This document shows positions 1 through 7,634 of a stretch of 24,984 nucleotides of DNA, piece by piece. The position numbers were made by a program, and so were the translations under genes. Below the pieces are notes generated by a model. It saw only the letters and a list, made by a program, of their open reading frames with translations. It searched no databases and had not been told where the DNA came from. Position 1 is the stretch's first letter. The number at the start of each line of letters is the position of its first letter. Source of the DNA: Verrucomicrobiota bacterium (GTDB lineage Bacteria; Verrucomicrobiota; Verrucomicrobiia; Chthoniobacterales; UBA6821); assembly GCA_008932965.1 (NCBI GenBank), contig WBXG01000024.1, positions 1 to 24,984 of the forward strand. Reading direction: 5' to 3'.

Positions 1-73
1 AATTCGCCTTCTGGCGAAGAAGGGTTTTAATAGCCCAATCAAATTGAACTAACTTTTTTGTTTCCGATTTCAT
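1..73 (-). CDS. N-terminal fragment of a possible PD-(D/E)XK nuclease-family (transposase-like) protein, running off the left edge
   Basis: Reverse complement of 1-73 starts with ATG (cat at 71-73) and reads MKSETKKLVQFDWAIKTLLRQKAN. From memory, the FDWAIK.LLR.KAN pattern resembles N-termini of PD-(D/E)XK nuclease-family proteins. Only 24 codons are visible, so this is unverifiable here. Confidence 0.3.
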   Translation of the reverse strand, partial: MKSETKKLVQFDWAIKTLLRQKAN

Positions 74-498
74 AGGACCGGGAATTATGGCGACTTCTCT
101 CTATCATTGTCAATTTGAGAATATTAGTATCTAGCACGGATACTTCATATTAGTCGTTAAATTAGCACTCAAAACCATCGTGCGTGGGCACTTCTAACAG
201 TAACTTTATGTTTATTTAAAAAAAGTTTAGCCGTTGTGAATATCAGAGATGTATCTTTCTAGAATGAATTTTAGGAGATTTTACTGGTTCTTTTTAGCAC
301 TAACTACGTTATTGTTGCCTTAATTACTTTGTTAACAGTGCTCTATGAAGCCTGGTTAACCAAAAAGCTCCTCTGTAAAAAATCCTAAAATTCACCATCA
401 AAGGCACTCAAAATCTGAAAGCTTTTTTACAAAAAAAATATTCATGGATCACTGCTTGTTTAGCGCTAGGGTTCATCCTCCTAGGGCTCAAGTTCCTC

Positions 499-1857
499 AT
501 GATTGCTCACTATGGAAGTGCCGTTCCATACTGGGATCAATGGGATATGGAGGCGGCCAATTTGTATCAGCCTTTTCTTGAGGGAACGTTGACGTTGAGT
601 CAGCTTGTGGCACCTCATAATGAACATCGCGTTGTAACAACGCGGTTGTTGGCCTTGTTGTTGTTAAAGATCAATGGTTTTTGGAGTCCACTTCTTGAGA
701 TGATCGTCAATGCACTACTACATGTAATCACGGTTCTTGCCATAGTTGGAATGCTCCTACATGCTCTTGGAAAAAAGGCAGCCTGGCCGTTGCTCTTTTT
801 ATCACTAGTTCTCTTTTCACTCCCTTACGGGTGGGAAAATACGTTGGCTGGGTTTCAGGCACAATTTTATTTTGTCCTCCTTTTTTCGGCGCTCACGCTT
901 TTTTTGCTGATTGAAAAAAAACTCTTTAGTCCACTCTGGTTCCTTGGACTTCTTGCAGGCGTGTTGGCTTTTTTCTCATTAGCTTCCGGAATCTTGTCGG
1001 CAGCAGCAATAGTTGCCGTTTTTGGGATTCAATATGTTTTGAACGTGGATCGTTCTTGGAAAAAAGTAATTATCATTTTGACGTTGATCCCTCTTGTTTT
1101 CTTAGGCATTGCCTTCACGCCAACTCTTGCCAGGCATGCAGTCTTAAAAGCTCACTCCATTACGCAGTTTTCAACAGTCTTCCTCACCATCATGAGTTGG
1201 CCGCTCCCAGGAAATTTCTTTTGGTTTCTTTTTAGAAATGCTCCTTCTCTGGTTTTTTGTGGTGCTCTTTTTTTAGGACGCCCTCAAGTCAATGACCGCA
1301 GATGGTTTTTACTGGGGTTGATTATTTGGACAACCCTTCAAGCAATGAGTATTGCCTATGCCAGAGCAGAAGGATGTCTTTCTTCGCGTTATTTGGATCT
1401 TTTTTCGTTGTCGGTGCTAGTTAATTTTGCGTGCTTGCTGAATCAGTATTCTTTTAAAAATCTTTTCCGAAAAAGCATTGTTTTTCTTTGGGCAGTTGTC
1501 ATCGTCATTGCACTCGCTCAGTCTTCTTACAAAGATCTTCCAAGCCAACTTAATGATAAAAAACGGACAGGAATTGCTCAGACACTCAACGTTCAAAATT
1601 ATCAACGTTCGGGTGATATCAATGATTTGAAAAATAAACCATTTCAAGAAATTCCCTATCCTGATCCTACTCGACTGGCCATGATTCTTTCTTCTCCGAC
1701 GATTCAAAAAATATTACCCACGAGTATTCAAAAACCGGCAAATGGAATTTCTGTTTCTGTAGGATGTCTCGATGGGGTTGTTGATTGGGTGCTCTCCCGC
1801 GCAGCTCTTTTCATCGTCCTTGGATTCGTGATTGCTCTCATGGCCCTCCTTTGTTAA
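499..1857 (+). CDS. Polytopic integral membrane protein, possibly a GT-C-type glycosyltransferase-like protein linked to the rfb genes
   Basis: 452-aa ORF with many hydrophobic helices and a conserved-looking first loop (YWDQWDMEAANLYQPF...APHNEHR). It ends 11 nt before rfbB. The family call is a guess. The frame is open upstream to 379 and encodes a plausible TM1, so the true start is probably upstream of 499 (see finding). Confidence 0.75.
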   Translation: MIAHYGSAVPYWDQWDMEAANLYQPFLEGTLTLSQLVAPHNEHRVVTTRLLALLLLKINGFWSPLLEMIVNALLHVITVLAIVGMLLHALGKKAAWPLLFLSLVLFSLPYGWENTLAGFQAQFYFVLLFSALTLFLLIEKKLFSPLWFLGLLAGVLAFFSLASGILSAAAIVAVFGIQYVLNVDRSWKKVIIILTLIPLVFLGIAFTPTLARHAVLKAHSITQFSTVFLTIMSWPLPGNFFWFLFRNAPSLVFCGALFLGRPQVNDRRWFLLGLIIWTTLQAMSIAYARAEGCLSSRYLDLFSLSVLVNFACLLNQYSFKNLFRKSIVFLWAVVIVIALAQSSYKDLPSQLNDKKRTGIAQTLNVQNYQRSGDINDLKNKPFQEIPYPDPTRLAMILSSPTIQKILPTSIQKPANGISVSVGCLDGVVDWVLSRAALFIVLGFVIALMALLC

Positions 1858-1868
1858 CGTCCCTCATT

Positions 1869-2858
1869 ATGAAAATCATTGTCACCGGTGGATCTGGTTT
1901 TATTGGAAGTAACTTTATCAGGCAGGCGCTAGAACGGCCAGAGGTCACTGGCATTCTTAATATTGACCTTTTAACCTATGCAGGGAACAAGGCCAATCTC
2001 GCTTCGATAGAAAATGATCCCCGTTATCGCTTTGTGCAGGCTGATATTGCTGATGCAACCATGATGGAGAGTGTCTTTGCTAATGCAACGCAGCAGACCC
2101 AAAAGCCGCTGGAGGCAGTGATGAATTTCGCTGCAGAGTCGCATGTTGATCGGAGTATCACGAATCCCCATGATTTCATCCACACCAATGTGCTAGGAAC
2201 GAGTATTCTTCTTGCTGCAGCACGGCGGCATGGAGTGAAGCGATTTTTACAAGTTTCCACCGATGAAGTCTACGGCTCGCTAGGAGAGACTGGGAAATTT
2301 TCTGAGACCACGCCGCTCCATCCGAACTCTCCCTACTCCGCAAGCAAAGCAGGAGCCGATCTCCTCGCGGTAGCCTCTCATCACACCTACGGTCAAGATA
2401 TCGTCATCACGCGCTGTTCGAATAATTATGGGCCGTATCAATTTCCAGAAAAACTGATTCCCTTGATGATTATCTCGGCCTTGCATGATCAGCCGTTGCC
2501 TGTCTACGGAGATGGACTCCAGGTGCGTGATTGGATTCATGTCGAGGATCATTGTGAAGCCATTTGGCAGGTCCTCACACGTGGACGTAGCGGAGAGATT
2601 TATAATATTGGAGCTGATGCCGAGCTAAAAAATATCGTGCTTGTTCATGAAATCTTATCCTATCTAAAAAAACCGACCTCGCTCATCACTCATGTTACTG
2701 ATCGCTTAGGTCATGATCGTCGTTATGCTATTGATTCTTCAAAAATGCATCAGGAGCTTGGCTGGAAGCCGCACTCCAAGCACAGTCAGGGACTAATCAC
2801 CACGATCGAGTGGTATAGAAATAATGAATTCTGGTGGAGGCCTCTTTTCAAAAAGTAG
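1869..2858 (+). CDS. rfbB: dTDP-glucose 4,6-dehydratase
   Basis: MKIIVTGGSGFIGSNF Rossmann motif, YSASKAGADLL (YxxxK) and SNNYGPYQFPEKLIPL are typical of RmlB. The track ORF starts at 1785, but ATG 1869 gives the canonical N-terminus and avoids overlap with the upstream gene. Confidence 0.9.
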   Translation: MKIIVTGGSGFIGSNFIRQALERPEVTGILNIDLLTYAGNKANLASIENDPRYRFVQADIADATMMESVFANATQQTQKPLEAVMNFAAESHVDRSITNPHDFIHTNVLGTSILLAAARRHGVKRFLQVSTDEVYGSLGETGKFSETTPLHPNSPYSASKAGADLLAVASHHTYGQDIVITRCSNNYGPYQFPEKLIPLMIISALHDQPLPVYGDGLQVRDWIHVEDHCEAIWQVLTRGRSGEIYNIGADAELKNIVLVHEILSYLKKPTSLITHVTDRLGHDRRYAIDSSKMHQELGWKPHSKHSQGLITTIEWYRNNEFWWRPLFKK

Positions 2859-2870
2859 GTTGATGCAGCA

Positions 2871-2926
2871 GGTAATGGGTAATGGGTAATGGGTAATGGG
2901 TAATGGGTAATGGGTAATGGGTATTA
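2871..2926. repeat. Heptanucleotide tandem repeat: (GGTAATG) x7 perfect plus one degenerate unit (GGTATTA)
   Basis: Read directly: 2871-2919 is seven exact GGTAATG units and 2920-2926 is GGTATTA. It lies in the 94-nt gap between the rfbB stop (2856-2858) and the rfbD ATG (2953). Confidence 0.97.
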
Positions 2927-2952
2927 GTCGGGTCTAAAAACTTTCAACAAGG

Positions 2953-3891
2953 ATGCATCATTTTTCAAATCACAAATCGAGAACTAGCGTTGCCGCACCA
3001 AGGCCAAGGATTTTCATTTTAGGGGCTGGGGGACGTCTTGGAATGGCTCTTGTACGTGAGTGGAGAAACACATTTTCTGATTATGAGATTGTTGGGCTGG
3101 GACGCCAAGAGATCGATTTTGAAAACCCCGAGAATGCGCTTCAAGCGATGAAGGCCTTTGAATTGAAAGAAGGAGAAGTCATCGTCAATTGCGGAGCGAT
3201 TACTGATGTCGATCGCTGTGAGAGAGAACCTTCCCTCGCCACAACCGTTAATGCTGTCACACCAACCCTCTTAGCCTATTTAGCCTCAGAAAGTGGGGTT
3301 CGCTTCATTCAGCTGAGTACTGATTATGTTTTTGATGGAACCTTAGAGCGTCCTTATCGTGAAACAGACAGACCAGAGCCGGTCAATCATTATGGAGTAA
3401 GTAAGTATGCTGGTGAAAAAGGGGTCCTAGCTGCTTCAGAGTATCATGTGGTGGTCCGTGTTTCTTGGGTCTTTGGCCCAGATCGCCCTAGTTTTATTGA
3501 TCAGATTATACGACGTGCTTTAAACTCCACCGAAGCTGCTGCCATTGCTGATAAAATTTCCTCTCCTACATACACCTATGATCTTGCTTGCTGGCTCTCT
3601 CTTTTTTTGAAGGAGGAATCTCCGGGAGGAATCTATCATCTCTGCAATAGTGATCATTGCTCCTGGCGTGACTATGGCGCGTATGCCCTTCAGTCTGCAG
3701 CAGCTCTCGGAATCCCCCTTCTCACCACGGTGGTAGCTCCATTGAAATTAGTAGAGATGAAAAATTTCTTAGCGAAGCGTCCGGTTCAAACAGCTCTTGA
3801 TACGACAAAATTTTCAGTACTCCTGGGAGAACCGCTTCGCTCTTGGAAGGAAGCCGTAGATGAATATGTTCGCTGTTTTATTGCGGGCTAA
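2953..3891 (+). CDS. rfbD: dTDP-4-dehydrorhamnose reductase
   Basis: ILGAGGRLG nucleotide-binding motif, STDYVFDG, YGVSKYAGE (YxxxK) and VRVSWVFG are typical of RmlD. It has an N-terminal extension of about 18 aa relative to typical RmlD, and ATG 2953 is the only in-frame start. Confidence 0.85.
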   Translation: MHHFSNHKSRTSVAAPRPRIFILGAGGRLGMALVREWRNTFSDYEIVGLGRQEIDFENPENALQAMKAFELKEGEVIVNCGAITDVDRCEREPSLATTVNAVTPTLLAYLASESGVRFIQLSTDYVFDGTLERPYRETDRPEPVNHYGVSKYAGEKGVLAASEYHVVVRVSWVFGPDRPSFIDQIIRRALNSTEAAAIADKISSPTYTYDLACWLSLFLKEESPGGIYHLCNSDHCSWRDYGAYALQSAAALGIPLLTTVVAPLKLVEMKNFLAKRPVQTALDTTKFSVLLGEPLRSWKEAVDEYVRCFIAG

Positions 3892-3909
3892 CCCAGATGC
3901 TTATCCGTG

Positions 3910-4692
3910 CTAAAATGAGTATGAGGTCGGAAGATGTGCTTCCACAGCCTTGGCATCTGCAAGAGTATCAATTCCGCGGGAGTGATGTTGAGTTATCATC
4001 ACACGAATAGAAATTCCATTTTCAAGAGCACGCAGTTGTTCTAATTTCTCAGAGCATTCCAAAGGGGAGGGAGGGTAGGAGACGAAGCGTTTCAAAATAT
4101 CTTTGCGAAAGCCGTAAATCCCTAGATGGAGCAAAGGAACGAGCCTTGATTCTGTTTCCATGGGATCACGATGAAATGGAATGGGAGCACGAGAAAAATA
4201 GAGGGCATCTGCTTTGTGATTCAGTACCACTTTGACCATATTGGGATCATGGTGATCTGATGCTTGAGTCAAGGGTGTTGCTGCTGTGATGATTTCTAAT
4301 TCTGGTAATGCCTTCAATGATGCTGCAAGTCGATCAATGAGTTTGAAATCAAGGAGTGGTTCATCTCCCTGGACATTGATGATGTGGGAGGCTTGAGGGG
4401 CCTCCTGGTCTTTTTCTAAAAGCTCCACAACTTCTGCAATACGATCGGTTCCTGACTGATGATCTGGTGATGTCATGAGGACCTCTGCTCCAAAGTCCTC
4501 TGCAACCTCTTGGATGCGCTTATCATCGGTAGCAATAAGAACTCTTTCAACAAGGCGTGCCTGACGGCAGCGTTGCCATACATGTTCGATCAAGGGGTGC
4601 CCTGCCATCCTATGAAGCATCTTTCCTGGAAAACGGGTTGATCCCCAGCGAGCAGGAATAATGACAACAGCGGAGAAGTCGGAATCCATCAT
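3910..4692 (-). CDS. kdsB: 3-deoxy-manno-octulosonate cytidylyltransferase (CMP-Kdo synthetase)
   Basis: VIIPARWGSTRFPGKML, IATDD, INVQGDEPL and SRAPIPF motifs are typical of KdsB. Length is 260 aa. Confidence 0.9.
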   Translation of the reverse strand: MMDSDFSAVVIIPARWGSTRFPGKMLHRMAGHPLIEHVWQRCRQARLVERVLIATDDKRIQEVAEDFGAEVLMTSPDHQSGTDRIAEVVELLEKDQEAPQASHIINVQGDEPLLDFKLIDRLAASLKALPELEIITAATPLTQASDHHDPNMVKVVLNHKADALYFSRAPIPFHRDPMETESRLVPLLHLGIYGFRKDILKRFVSYPPSPLECSEKLEQLRALENGISIRVMITQHHSRGIDTLADAKAVEAHLPTSYSF

Positions 4693-4700
4693 TGTTAGTG

Positions 4701-4748
4701 AAAAAATAGGGTGAGGTTAAAGAGATTCTAAAAAATAGAGTGATGAGG
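4701..4748. repeat. Imperfect direct repeat in the murI-kdsB intergenic spacer
   Basis: AAAAAATAGGGTGAGG (4701-4716) and AAAAAATAGAGTGATGAGG (4730-4748). On the coding (minus) strand both copies read CCTCA..C.CTATTTTTT. Function unknown. Confidence 0.4.
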
Positions 4749-4766
4749 CTATTCTTTAATTATTTT

Positions 4767-5615
4767 TTAGTAGAGCGTCATGATGCTAACCCTATCGATG
4801 CTTATTTTAAGAGCATTAGCAGCACTATGAAGAAAATCTTCCGAAGTATCCGTGAGCAAAACATGCAGAGTGCCTGGAGTGCTTTTCTCTCGTGCGAGAT
4901 TTTTAGTGGTGAGTAAGGTTTGAACTGCAAGGGCACAATTCTCTGCAGAATCAACAAGGGTCACGTTGGGACCGATGACTTTTGAAATGAGTTTTTTTAA
5001 AAGTGGATAATGGGTGCAGCCTAAAACAAGTGTATCGATTCCCTGGGAAAGCATCGGTTCTAAATAACGCTCTAAAACACGTTGGGTGATCTCATCGTCA
5101 AAAAGCCCCTCTTCCACTAACGGGACTAGTAACGGGCAAGGATAGGAGAGAACATCGGTTTTTGGGGAGAGGTGATGAATGGCCTGTTGGTAGGCCTTGC
5201 TCGCTATGGTAGCTCTTGTTCCAATGACTCCAATTATTCCCTTTTTTGTAGCGCGAACAGCTGCAGCAGCTCCTGGTTCAATTACTCCATGAATAGGAAT
5301 GGAATAAATACTTTTTAATGTGGAAAGAGCCAGTGCTGATGCGGTATTACAGGCAATCACAATCATCTTGGCATTGTGCTCTAGTAGAAGGTTTGCTATT
5401 TCCTTGCTGTAGCGTAGGACTGTTTCTGGACTCTTGCCTCCATAGGGAACACGCGCCGTGTCTCCAAGATAAATGATATTTTCATTAGGAAGATGACGTC
5501 GTAGTGCTGCCACAACAGTAAGCCCCCCGACACCTGAATCAAAGACACCAATGGGTTTATTGGCACTATTGGGTTTCGTTAATAATGAAGAGTGCTGTTC
5601 AGATTGTAGAACCAT
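4767..5615 (-). CDS. murI: Glutamate racemase
   Basis: IGVFDSGVGGLTV, YLGDTARVPYG, IACNTAS and LGCTHYPLL contain the two catalytic Cys motifs of MurI. Length is 282 aa. Confidence 0.92.
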   Translation of the reverse strand: MVLQSEQHSSLLTKPNSANKPIGVFDSGVGGLTVVAALRRHLPNENIIYLGDTARVPYGGKSPETVLRYSKEIANLLLEHNAKMIVIACNTASALALSTLKSIYSIPIHGVIEPGAAAAVRATKKGIIGVIGTRATIASKAYQQAIHHLSPKTDVLSYPCPLLVPLVEEGLFDDEITQRVLERYLEPMLSQGIDTLVLGCTHYPLLKKLISKVIGPNVTLVDSAENCALAVQTLLTTKNLAREKSTPGTLHVLLTDTSEDFLHSAANALKISIDRVSIMTLY

Positions 5616-5647
5616 CGCGATGTTTTTGAATCATCTTTTCAGGCCTC

Positions 5648-5721
5648 TGCACTCGGCGGGAATCGAACCCACAACCTCTGCCTTCGGAGGGCAGCGCTCT
5701 ATCCAGTTGAGCTACGAGTGC
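5648..5721 (-). tRNA. tRNA-Arg (anticodon CCG), CCA not encoded
   Basis: The reverse complement folds by hand into a 74-nt cloverleaf. Acceptor GCACTCG/CGAGTGC, D stem GCTC/GAGC, anticodon stem CTGCC/GGCAG with loop CTCCGAA (CCG), T arm GTGGG-TTCGATT-CCCGC, discriminator A. The downstream sequence is GAGGCC, not CCA. Confidence 0.93.
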
Positions 5722-5888
5722 AATAATTGTAGATGTTAAATCAAACATCCTCTTGCATCATGGGTGAGATACGATTTGCACATGTGATGTCTAAATACTA
5801 TATGAAGCTCTAAAAAAACTTTGCAACCAAAGTAACGTTAGAGGATGCTTGTAGATCGTTAATCACGCAAGATTTTTAGAAAGCCACT

Positions 5889-6896
5889 ATGTCTCTAAAT
5901 AAAAAACACCATTTAGTTGTTGCTCCCGATGATGGAATCAAACCGTTTCAAGAAGCATTACGAGGAGCCAAGAAAACACTTGATATTAAGATGTTTCAGT
6001 TTTCAGAACCACGACTCATGAACGAGGTCGTTGCAGCACATCACCGTGGAGTTGCTGTGCGTGTCATGCTCAATCCATCTAGGTTTACGGGGGAACATGA
6101 TAACGATGAAGCTTTTGCTTTTTTTAAAAAGGCTTCTGTCCCTGTTAAAGAAACGAACCCTGCTTATCCTATTACTCATGAAAAATCGATGGTGATTGAT
6201 GATGCGAAGGCTTTTATTATGTCTCTGAATTGGGCACCAAAATATTTTGGAGAGACTCGTGATTACGCCTTGATAACCTCGGACTCTAAAGAGGTGGAGG
6301 AGGTCAAGGCCTGTTTTGATGCAGATTGGAACCGTTTGGAATTTAACCCTCCTATTGTTTCTAACTTAACATGGAGTGTCGGTAAATCACGTGAATCGGT
6401 CATTCATTTTATTCGTTCTGCTCAAAAGTCACTCTACATTCAACATGAAAAATATGTCGACACTCCTGTTATTGAGGCCTTGTTAGAGGGAAAAGCAAAA
6501 CGGAATCTTACTATTCATGCAATGGCATTACCTGTTCATTCCTTACGAGATTTTTATCGCTTGGAGGGGATTGCAGGATTACGTCTGCTTCATGACCTTG
6601 GAATTCATGTGCGAAAACTTCATGGAATGCATTTACATGCCAAGCTAATGATTGCAGATGAAAAGAGAGCACTGTTGAGTTCCTTTAACTTCTACCCAAA
6701 GTGTTTTAATGAACGGCGTGAATTAGGAGTCTTTTTTGATGATCCCGAGTTAATTCATCAGCTTGTGGCAATTTTCAAAAAAGATTGGGAGAGCTCCAAA
6801 AAAATAGAGCTTTCCGATGAAAGTATTGAGGCTGATCTTAAGGAGGCAGAAGAAAAGAAAAAAGGAAGTGTAGCATCTCGTTCGTGGAAAATCTGA
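5889..6896 (+). CDS. Phospholipase D superfamily protein with two HKD motifs, soluble
   Basis: HKD motif 1 is THEKSMVIDD...MSLNW (His codon at 6177). HKD motif 2 is HLHAKLMIADE...LSSFNF. There is no obvious signal peptide or TM helix. The C-terminal tail is charged (EADLKEAEEKKKGS). Confidence 0.8.
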   Translation: MSLNKKHHLVVAPDDGIKPFQEALRGAKKTLDIKMFQFSEPRLMNEVVAAHHRGVAVRVMLNPSRFTGEHDNDEAFAFFKKASVPVKETNPAYPITHEKSMVIDDAKAFIMSLNWAPKYFGETRDYALITSDSKEVEEVKACFDADWNRLEFNPPIVSNLTWSVGKSRESVIHFIRSAQKSLYIQHEKYVDTPVIEALLEGKAKRNLTIHAMALPVHSLRDFYRLEGIAGLRLLHDLGIHVRKLHGMHLHAKLMIADEKRALLSSFNFYPKCFNERRELGVFFDDPELIHQLVAIFKKDWESSKKIELSDESIEADLKEAEEKKKGSVASRSWKI

Positions 6897-6953
6897 AGAG
6901 AGTGAAAGATCCGAATAACTCCAGGGAATATTGAAATATTAAAAAAACTTCCC

Positions 6954-7634
6954 ATGGATCCGGAATCTAATAATAGCTGTAATTCAAGTATACTTGAAAG
7001 CGATTTGCAAACAGTCAATGGCGAACGATCTTCTCAGAAAAATGCCGTATCACTTCACCACATTGCCAATGTATTTTTCTTTATAGGTGTTACTAGTTTT
7101 GGAGGAGGGGGCACGGCTTATATTCGTCGTATCATTGTTGAAGATAAAAAATGGTTGACCAATGAAGAGTTTTTTACGGGACTCTCTTTTTGTCAGTTAT
7201 TACCAGGGGCCAATGTTGTAGGTATTTCTCTTTATATAGGAAATCATCTTTGTGGTATTGCAGGAGGATTCATTGCAAGTCTGTTCCTTATTTTACCATC
7301 CTCATTTATTTTTTTTGGATTAGGATATCTTTATTTTTCAATGGGTGCTCTTCCCTCTGTTGAAGTAATGCTAAAAGGGGCGGGTGCTGTTGCTTGTGGA
7401 CTGATGGCGAGTATGTTTGTGGAGGCTGCAGAAGAATCATTAAAAAACGTTGTAGATATCCTTATTTTCATCATCACGTTTCTGCTTGTGAGGGTTGGTC
7501 ATTTTCATGTTCCCCTTGTGATTCTTATGGTAGCCCCCGTTGCGCTTTGGTGGTACCGCCCGCGCCCCCACCAACAAAATAAAGAAATCGTTCCAGAAGT
7601 GATGACGCCAAAAGAAAAAAAAGAGAATGGATGA
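6954..7634 (+). CDS. chrA: Chromate ion transporter (CHR) family, short-chain subunit 1
   Basis: FGGGGTAYIRRIIVEDKKWLTNEEFFTGLSFCQLLPGANVV is the CHR-domain signature. The protein is a multi-pass membrane protein of 226 aa, half the size of a full ChrA. Confidence 0.85.
   Translation: MDPESNNSCNSSILESDLQTVNGERSSQKNAVSLHHIANVFFFIGVTSFGGGGTAYIRRIIVEDKKWLTNEEFFTGLSFCQLLPGANVVGISLYIGNHLCGIAGGFIASLFLILPSSFIFFGLGYLYFSMGALPSVEVMLKGAGAVACGLMASMFVEAAEESLKNVVDILIFIITFLLVRVGHFHVPLVILMVAPVALWWYRPRPHQQNKEIVPEVMTPKEKKENG

Noticed and set aside
898-921. Homopolymer tracts inside the membrane-protein CDS (T7 at about 898-904, A8 at 914-921), considered as phase-variation sites.
   Set aside because: Tracts of this length are frequent throughout this AT-rich window, including in essential genes, and nothing singles these out. 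The ORF is intact.
1785-1868. Upstream extensions offered by the ORF track: rfbB from 1785, and likewise the 21-codon 5' extension of mscL (8698-8760).
   Set aside because: The canonical family N-termini begin at the internal ATGs (1869 MKIIVTGGSG; 8697 MPSRILNEFKEF). The extensions overlap neighbouring genes or the divergent promoter region and look non-homologous.
2871-2926. The tandem repeat considered as a CRISPR array or telomere-like sequence.
   Set aside because: The units are 7 nt and contiguous with no spacers. There are no cas genes, and the tract is internal to a chromosome between two biosynthetic genes. It is a simple-sequence repeat.
5551-5739. 62-aa plus-strand ORF spanning the murI 5' end and the intergenic region.
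   Set aside because: It is explained by the minus-strand tRNA-Arg(CCG) at 5648-5721 and by the murI start. The translation has no protein-like features.
7394-7582. Cys/Pro-rich 62-aa alternate-frame ORF inside chrA, and the Ser/Arg-rich 77-aa alternate-frame ORF inside rseP (23290-23523).
   Set aside because: They overlap well-supported membrane-protein genes on the same strand, their composition reflects frame-shifted codon bias, and no motifs are present.
7611-7634. A8 tract (7615-7622, in-frame gaA AAA AAA) just before the overlap of the two CHR half-genes, considered as a programmed frameshift site that would fuse the halves.
   Set aside because: A -1 slip leads into a frame that terminates after about 40 codons and does not join the second gene. 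Joining requires +1/-2. The ATGGATGA overlap is ordinary translational coupling, and split CHR pairs are a known arrangement. An indel artefact remains a minor possibility, noted in the finding.
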